From Hyalangium minutum (GTDB lineage Bacteria > Myxococcota > Myxococcia > Myxococcales > Myxococcaceae): a stretch of 62,000 nucleotides of DNA. Each line of letters begins with the position of its first letter. The stretch's first letter is position 1. Where the stretch lies: the NCBI RefSeq assembly GCF_000737315.1, contig NZ_JMCB01000006.1, forward strand, positions 144,001-206,000. Direction: 5' to 3'. The notes under the pieces were generated by a model. It worked only from the letters and a program-made list of their open reading frames with translations. It was not told the origin of the DNA and did not search any database. Made by a program: the position numbers and the translations under genes. This document shows positions 56,509-62,000 of the stretch, piece after piece.

Positions 56509-57105
56509 ATGGTCCCATTCGGCACCGGACAGCAGAAGAGAGGCGCCATCCATCCCAGCCTCGAGGCGGGAGGAGCGTGGCTCGGTTGCATGGGGATCTT
56601 CACAGGCCTGCTGTGGTTGTCATCGCAGCTACCCGCACGGCCCTCGGCGGCGGAGGAGAAACCACCGGAGCGCCCTCTCGCTGTGGCTCCTGTGCCTCCT
56701 CCCCTGCCCGAAGAGAAGGCCGAGCCCTTTGGGACGGACCTCGTGCTGAACCCCGCGCGCATGGGCGATGAACTCAGTTGCTCCGGCCCCAACGAGGACG
56801 TGATCCCCTTTGGCGTGGGCATGACGCGGCCGGAGTTCCTCTCCGGACCTGCGCTCGTACACACGCCCGAGGCACGCGAGGCCCACGTTCAGGGCCTCAT
56901 CATCGCCAAGTGCACCGTGACCTGCCGGGGTGAAGTCCGCGGCTGCCGCATCATCAAGCCGCTACCTTATATGGAGCAGGCCGCGCTCGACGTGCTCCAG
57001 AGCCGCCGCTACAAGCCCACGCGCTACCTGGGCAGGCCCGTCACCGTCTCCTATTTCTTCGGGCTCCGCGTCGAGCCTCCGGTGGACCCGCCCCCCTCTC
57101 CATAG
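56509..57105 (+). CDS. TonB C-terminal domain protein (energy transducer-like)
   Basis: GGAGGAG RBS, TM, Pro-rich linker, MTRPE...TPEAREAHVQGLII.KC.V...G.V...IIK...AL..L...RY.P..Y.G.PV.V.Y.F. Confidence 0.8.
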   Translation: MVPFGTGQQKRGAIHPSLEAGGAWLGCMGIFTGLLWLSSQLPARPSAAEEKPPERPLAVAPVPPPLPEEKAEPFGTDLVLNPARMGDELSCSGPNEDVIPFGVGMTRPEFLSGPALVHTPEAREAHVQGLIIAKCTVTCRGEVRGCRIIKPLPYMEQAALDVLQSRRYKPTRYLGRPVTVSYFFGLRVEPPVDPPPSP

Positions 57106-57139
57106 ATAGCACTCGGATGCCGCACTCCCGCCAAGCGCC

Positions 57140-59533
57140 CTACTCGGCCCGCAGCGTGAGGCCCGGATCCACCTTGGCCGCCCGGCGCGCGGGCAACCAC
57201 GCCGCCACCAGGCCCACCGTGCCCAGCAGCGCCGCGCACCCCAGCAGCGTGGGGATGTCCGCCGGAGTCACTCCATAGAGGAGACTGCGCGCCACCTGCG
57301 CCAGCCCCACCGCCGCCGGGAGCCCCACCAGCAACGCAATCCCCAACATCCGCCCCACCGAGCCCACCACGAGCCGCACCAGGTTGCGCTCCGTCGCTCC
57401 CAATGCCCTGCGGATCGACAACTCGCGCGTGCGCTGGGTGATGCCGTAGGACACCACGCCCCAGATGCCCAGCGCCGCCAGCACCAGCGCCAGCCCCGAG
57501 AGCGCGGACAGCAGCGCCAGCAACAGCTCATGGCGCTGCCGGCTCCTCGCCACCAGCGAGCCAAGCTGCTCCAGCGCGGGCACCGGCAGCTCGGAGTCCA
57601 CGCCGTGCACCGCCTCGCGCACCTGCGCCAGCGTGGGCGCGGGCGTGCCTCGCATGAGCAAGTACAGCTGCGGCGGCCCCACCTGCGCCACGGGCCAATA
57701 GAACGCCGGAGCCGGAGCCGCCGTCAGCTCGCGGTGGCGCACGTCCCCCACCACGCCCACCACCGTCCACCACGTCTCACGGTCGATGGTGAAGCGGCTG
57801 CCCAGGGGCTCCCGTCCCGCGAGGAAGCTCCGCACGAAGGCCTCGTTGACCACCGCCACCGGAGCACTCCCCCAGGCGTCCGTCGAAGCCAGGAGCCTGC
57901 CCGTCTTCAGCGGCACGCCCAGGGCCTCAAAGGCGCCAGGGCTGACCACGCGGTGCTCGGCGCTGCGAGGCACTCCCGTGGCATCCGTCCCCTCCACCGT
58001 GACAGTCGACGAGGTGGTGGAGCCCCCCAGGTGCAGCTCCCGCTGCACCCCCACCGACTGAACCCCCGGGAGCGCCGCAACGGCCTCCTCCAACCGGTGG
58101 GCGGCGCGAATGCGCGAGGCCTCGTCCGGGTAGCGCTGGGCCGGCAGTTGCACCGCCGCGGACACCACGCCCTCGGCGTGGAAGCCCAGATCCACGGAGG
58201 AGAGGTGCGCGAGCGTCCGCACCAGCAGCCCCGCCCCCGTGAGCAGCACGAGCGCCAGGGTGAGCTGCACCACCACGAGCCCCGAGCGCAGCGGGTGGCG
58301 AGCCCCCGTGCTGCCGTGGCCGCCGCCCAGCAGCGGCAGGAGCGAGGCCCTCGAGGAGTCCAGCGCTCGCACCAACCCCAGGAGCACCGCCACGGCGCCA
58401 CAGAGTCCCGCTGTGAAGAGCAGCACGGGCAGGTGGAGCGTGGGCGGGGCCAGGTTCCGCAGCGCCGTGGGCAGCAGCGCCGAGAGCGCATCGGTCCCCC
58501 ACAGCGCCAGGAGCAGTCCCACCACGCCGCCCAGCAGCGACAGCAGGAGACTCTCGGCGAGCGCCTCGCTCACGCGGCGGCCCACGCTGGCCCCCAGCGC
58601 GGTGCGGATGGCGCCCTCCCGCCGGCGGTGCATCGCACGCGCCAGCATCAGGTTGGCCACGTTGGCGCAGGCAATGAGGAGCACGAAGGCCGCGGCGCCC
58701 CACAGCGCGAACACCACGCCCCGCGCCCGCCCCGTCACATCCTCCTGCCAGGCCAGAGCGTGCACCGTGTGCGCCGACTCCGTGGCGTCACTGGACTCGC
58801 GGGTGCCTCGCAGCATGGCACTGCGGCGGAGGGCCGCCTGGCGCGCGGACTCCATCGGCACGCCGGGCTTCAGCCGTCCCATCACCGACAGCATGTGGTT
58901 GCCTTGGGCCTCCGAGGAGGTGTCCAGGTGGAGGGGCAACCAGACCTCCACTTCGCGCGAGGAGTCCCCCAGCGCAAAGCCCGGCGGCAGCACCCCCGCG
59001 ACCCGCACGCTGGTGCCATCCAGCCAGAGCGTCTGATCCGCTGCCGCAGCCGCGGAGGTGAACACCCGCGTGGCCAGCCCGTTCGAGATGAGGGCGGAGG
59101 ACGCCGCCCCTGGGAGCGCATCCTCGGGCGTGAAGGCACGGCCTGCGGCAGGCGCCACGCCCACGACGGAGAGGAAGTTCGGGGTGATGCGGGCCGCCAG
59201 GAGGCGCTCGGGCAGCTCGCCACCCGTGCGGTTGACGAAGGTGTAGTGGAAGCTCATCACCCCACTGAAGGCCTGCGCCTCCTCGGCCCAAGCCGCAGCC
59301 TCGGGCTGGGAGACACTGCCGACTCCCCCCGAGGGCTGGTTGCAGTACAGCCGCACCAAGTCCCCGCTCTGGGGAAAGGGCAGCGGGCGCAGCACCAGCG
59401 CATGCACCATGCTGAAGATGACGGTGTTGGCCCCCAGCGCCAGCCCCAGCGTGAGCACCACGGCGAGGGTAAAGCTGGGGGTGCGGCGCAGACCGCGCCA
59501 GGCGAACCGGGCGTCTCTGAGGAAAACTTCCAT
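57140..59533 (-). CDS. ADOP-family duplicated ABC permease (MacB/FtsX-like)
   Basis: D.RFA.R.LRRTPSF, LIACANVANL, RREGAIR.ALGA, Q..L.LVLL.GAGL, RTRE..IR.ALGA, PARRA.KVDP...LRAE. No ATPase gene is adjacent. Confidence 0.9.
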   Translation of the reverse strand: MEVFLRDARFAWRGLRRTPSFTLAVVLTLGLALGANTVIFSMVHALVLRPLPFPQSGDLVRLYCNQPSGGVGSVSQPEAAAWAEEAQAFSGVMSFHYTFVNRTGGELPERLLAARITPNFLSVVGVAPAAGRAFTPEDALPGAASSALISNGLATRVFTSAAAAADQTLWLDGTSVRVAGVLPPGFALGDSSREVEVWLPLHLDTSSEAQGNHMLSVMGRLKPGVPMESARQAALRRSAMLRGTRESSDATESAHTVHALAWQEDVTGRARGVVFALWGAAAFVLLIACANVANLMLARAMHRRREGAIRTALGASVGRRVSEALAESLLLSLLGGVVGLLLALWGTDALSALLPTALRNLAPPTLHLPVLLFTAGLCGAVAVLLGLVRALDSSRASLLPLLGGGHGSTGARHPLRSGLVVVQLTLALVLLTGAGLLVRTLAHLSSVDLGFHAEGVVSAAVQLPAQRYPDEASRIRAAHRLEEAVAALPGVQSVGVQRELHLGGSTTSSTVTVEGTDATGVPRSAEHRVVSPGAFEALGVPLKTGRLLASTDAWGSAPVAVVNEAFVRSFLAGREPLGSRFTIDRETWWTVVGVVGDVRHRELTAAPAPAFYWPVAQVGPPQLYLLMRGTPAPTLAQVREAVHGVDSELPVPALEQLGSLVARSRQRHELLLALLSALSGLALVLAALGIWGVVSYGITQRTRELSIRRALGATERNLVRLVVGSVGRMLGIALLVGLPAAVGLAQVARSLLYGVTPADIPTLLGCAALLGTVGLVAAWLPARRAAKVDPGLTLRAE

Positions 59534-59563
59534 AGGGGCGACAGCCTCCGGAGCCCCCATCAA

Positions 59564-59579
59564 AGCAGGTTCCGCGCCA
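59564..59579 (-). promoter_or_regulatory. Sigma-54 -24/-12 promoter of the ADOP permease
   Basis: Minus strand (T)TGGCGCGGAACCTGCT, exact GG-N10-GC spacing. Confidence 0.7.
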
Positions 59580-59625
59580 ACCCCGCCGGGAGCCTCCCCC
59601 CTGCGAGCCGCCGAAGGGCCTCGCC

Positions 59626-60474
59626 TCAGACGAGCGGAGGCTGTCCGGTGCTGGGACGGCCCGTCCCGAATGCGGACACCGGGTGTGAATCCACCGGGGA
59701 CTCCCGGTACGAGCGGAGCTGACCGAAGAACCCGTTCGCCAGCGCATCCCTCCGGGCCAAGAGCCGCCGCTTCACCTCACGGAGCTCCTGCAGGGCCTCC
59801 CGGTGCTCCATCGAGAGCCAGGACAAGGACGAGGGCCGGGAGAACAGCTCATCCAGGCGCCGCTCGAACGTCTCGGCCTTCTCCACGAGCTGCCCCGACA
59901 CCATGTCCGCGTAGCTCGCGTATCCCCGCCGGATGACCAGATCCAGGGTGAGCACGCCCGCGCCCCAGCACAGGCGGGTGTACGCGGTCCAGAGCCCCAC
60001 CTGCTTCCGCATGACGTCACTCTGCGACAGGAGCGCCTCGGCGACCGCGATCAACTGCACGACGCTCCGGTACAGCTCCGTCCACAGGCCCGTGGCACGC
60101 TCCGCCTCCCGCGCGGCGAAGTGCATCTTCACCAGCTGGACGGCGGAGAGCAGCTGTCCCAGCAGCAGCATGTCCAGCGGGGCGGCCGTCACCGGCCTCT
60201 GCACGGACCGCTGGACGATCTCCTGAGACAGGGCCCGGAGCTGGCTCTCGGCGCTGAGCATGCGCGAGTCCAGGGCCTCGTGGAGCACGAGAGGAACCAG
60301 GGGCCGCAGGCACTCGGCCAGGGTGTCCTGATCCACGCGGGCCTCGCGGATCAACTGGATGATACGTCCTGTCTTGCCGTCTCGAATGACTCCGCCTTCC
60401 AGGTAGAGCTGGCCAGCCTCGATACCCTGCTGGACTTCCTGAGCGATCCCCCACTTCGCTTCCATGACGGGCAT
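59626..60474 (-). CDS. Hypothetical helical protein
   Basis: GGAG before ATG 60474, LYLEGGVIRDG.TGRII N-terminus, helical body. The last 30 or so codons run through the ADOP enhancer. Confidence 0.6.
   Translation of the reverse strand: MPVMEAKWGIAQEVQQGIEAGQLYLEGGVIRDGKTGRIIQLIREARVDQDTLAECLRPLVPLVLHEALDSRMLSAESQLRALSQEIVQRSVQRPVTAAPLDMLLLGQLLSAVQLVKMHFAAREAERATGLWTELYRSVVQLIAVAEALLSQSDVMRKQVGLWTAYTRLCWGAGVLTLDLVIRRGYASYADMVSGQLVEKAETFERRLDELFSRPSSLSWLSMEHREALQELREVKRRLLARRDALANGFFGQLRSYRESPVDSHPVSAFGTGRPSTGQPPLV
59642..59678. promoter_or_regulatory. Tandem 17-bp palindromes (enhancer-binding-protein UAS candidate)
   Basis: TGTCC-N7-GGACG and CGTCC-N7-GGACA, 3 nt apart, 60-100 nt upstream of the -24 element. 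Confidence 0.6.
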
Positions 60475-60719
60475 GTCTCGCGCCTCCCACGGCTCGAATA
60501 CCCGACTCGGAGGCGAGGCACCGCTGGCCACGGCCGGGCCTCGGCGGGAAACGTCCAGAACCCGGTGACTGGAGCGGTAGCCACGCGCGCTCGCTTGCAC
60601 TGGTGAACGGTCGCCCGCTGCACGGCACCGCCCCCTCAAAGTCTCATGATTTGAGCAACAAACCCTCGGGCCGCAGGCCGGTGGGGTGATTGTCGCTCAG
60701 AGGAGGTACGCTTGCGTGC

Positions 60720-61718
60720 ATGGATGACCAGCGCCACCACGACGCACGGACCCCACGCGGGAGCACGGACTCTGGCCTCTCTCGCCGGGAAGTCCTCGCC
60801 GCGGGGCTCGGCAGTGCCCTCCTCCTGGGTGCCGGCCCCGCCCAGTCTCCCTCCCAGGGCTCCGCCTCGGGCCCGGCCTCCGACGAGAAGCCCGCGATGA
60901 TCACCCGCCCCATCCCTCGCACCGGCGAGCAACTGCCCGTCATCGGGCTCGGCACGTGGCAGACGTTCAACGTGGGCACGGACGCCAAGGAGCGCGCCCC
61001 GCTCAAGGACGTGCTCAAGCGCTTCCTCGAGCGCGGCGGCCGCGTCATCGACTCCTCGCCCATGTATGACCGCGCCGAGCTCGTCGTGGGTGACTTGCTC
61101 ACGGAGCAGGGCCAGCAGCGCGCGCCCTTCCTCGCCTCGAAGGTGTGGACCATGGGCAAGACCGAGGGCGAGCAGCAGATGCGCACCTCCATCCAGCGCA
61201 TGGGCCGCGGGCGCATGGACCTGATGCAGGTGCACAACCTGGTGGACGTGAAGACGCACCTGGCCACCCTGCGCGAGTGGCAGGAGGCCGGCCGCATCCG
61301 CTACGTCGGCGTCACCCACTACCAGCCCTCGTCCTTCGACACGCTGGAGAAACTCGTCCGCCAGGAGGCCATCGACTTCGTGCAGCTGCCCTACTCCATC
61401 GTCCAGCGCGAGGTGGAGAACCGGCTGCTGCCCGCCTGTGCCGAGCGCGGTGTGGCGGTGCTCGTCATGAGCCCCTTCGAGCAGGGCGGCCTCTTCGAGA
61501 AGGTACGCGGCAAGCCGCTGCCGCCGTGGGCCGCGGACTTCGACTGCTCCAGCTGGGCGCAGTACTTCCTCAAGTTCATCCTCGGCCACCCCGCGGTGAC
61601 GTGCCCTATCCCCGCCACCAGCAACCCCAAGCACCTCGAGGACAACCTCAAGGCCGGCTTCGGCCGTCTGCCCGACGAGAAGACCCGCGCCAAGATGGTG
61701 AAGCACCTGGGCCTCTGA
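60720..61718 (+). CDS. Aldo/keto reductase with Tat-like leader
   Basis: GGAGG RBS, LSRREVLAAG twin-Arg leader, IGLGTW, IDSSPMY, ASKVW, DLMQVHN, GRIRYVGVT, IPATS. Confidence 0.88.
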   Translation: MDDQRHHDARTPRGSTDSGLSRREVLAAGLGSALLLGAGPAQSPSQGSASGPASDEKPAMITRPIPRTGEQLPVIGLGTWQTFNVGTDAKERAPLKDVLKRFLERGGRVIDSSPMYDRAELVVGDLLTEQGQQRAPFLASKVWTMGKTEGEQQMRTSIQRMGRGRMDLMQVHNLVDVKTHLATLREWQEAGRIRYVGVTHYQPSSFDTLEKLVRQEAIDFVQLPYSIVQREVENRLLPACAERGVAVLVMSPFEQGGLFEKVRGKPLPPWAADFDCSSWAQYFLKFILGHPAVTCPIPATSNPKHLEDNLKAGFGRLPDEKTRAKMVKHLGL

Positions 61719-61813
61719 GCGCTCGCCCTCCCGCCTGCACTCCTGGGAGACGGGCTCTCACCCTGGGTGTCCTCTCCACGCACCGCTGCTTACCCTGAGC
61801 GCGGGAGGCATGC

Positions 61814-62000
61814 ATGGCCAAGAAGAAGGCGGAGAAGAAGGACGGAAGCCAGAAGGACGCCATCACCCACCTCGGCGAGCTCATTCACGGCATCAAGGTG
61901 GCGATGATGACGACGGTGGAGAGCGACGGCAGCCTGCGCAGCCGTCCCATGTGGACGCATGACCGGGACTTCGATGGGGAGCTGTGGTTCTTCACCCGCG
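61814..62000 (+). CDS. General stress protein 26 / pyridoxamine-5'-phosphate oxidase-like FMN-binding protein (5' part, truncated by the window)
   Basis: Not in the ORF track. GGGAGG RBS, then MAKKK...ELIHGIKVAMMTTVESDGSLRSRPMW...DGELWFFT. Confidence 0.8.
   Translation, partial: MAKKKAEKKDGSQKDAITHLGELIHGIKVAMMTTVESDGSLRSRPMWTHDRDFDGELWFFTR

Overview
This is very GC-rich DNA from a myxobacterium (Cystobacterineae-like), judged by SitA6/SitI6, an AgmX/GltJ-type TonB-C protein and many two-component genes. I found about 45 CDS, but no rRNA, tRNA, CRISPR array or transposase. Left end: a hydrolase, three parvulin/SurA foldases and pdxA, then a fatty-acid desaturase divergent from a GT-C-like membrane protein. 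At 10-16 kb two paralogous pseudo-receiver-GAF-PAS genes with no output domain flank a SitA6/SitI6 toxin-immunity pair and an aldo/keto reductase. Middle: a Tat-type cholesterol oxidase, a TPR lipoprotein-P450-hypothetical run, a PaoABC-like molybdoenzyme, a 1082-aa helical orphan, an ECF41 locus with its consensus promoter, a propeller hybrid kinase, a permuted papain-like protein, a divergent di-heme/mono-heme lipoprotein pair and an SH3-SPFH pair. The best candidate for a new system is at 41.6-55.2 kb. A LuxI/FeeM-fold N-acyl synthase fused to a cNMP-binding domain sits head-to-head with a five-gene phosphorelay that has a His-rich intramembrane sensor and no DNA-binding output. Nearby are a terpene synthase, a kinase-STAND-TPR protein and two standalone V4R-like proteins. 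Right end: an MFS transporter, a TonB-C protein, an ADOP permease with a sigma-54 promoter and enhancer, a Tat-type aldo/keto reductase and a truncated general stress protein. All family assignments come from motifs read by eye; no searches were run.
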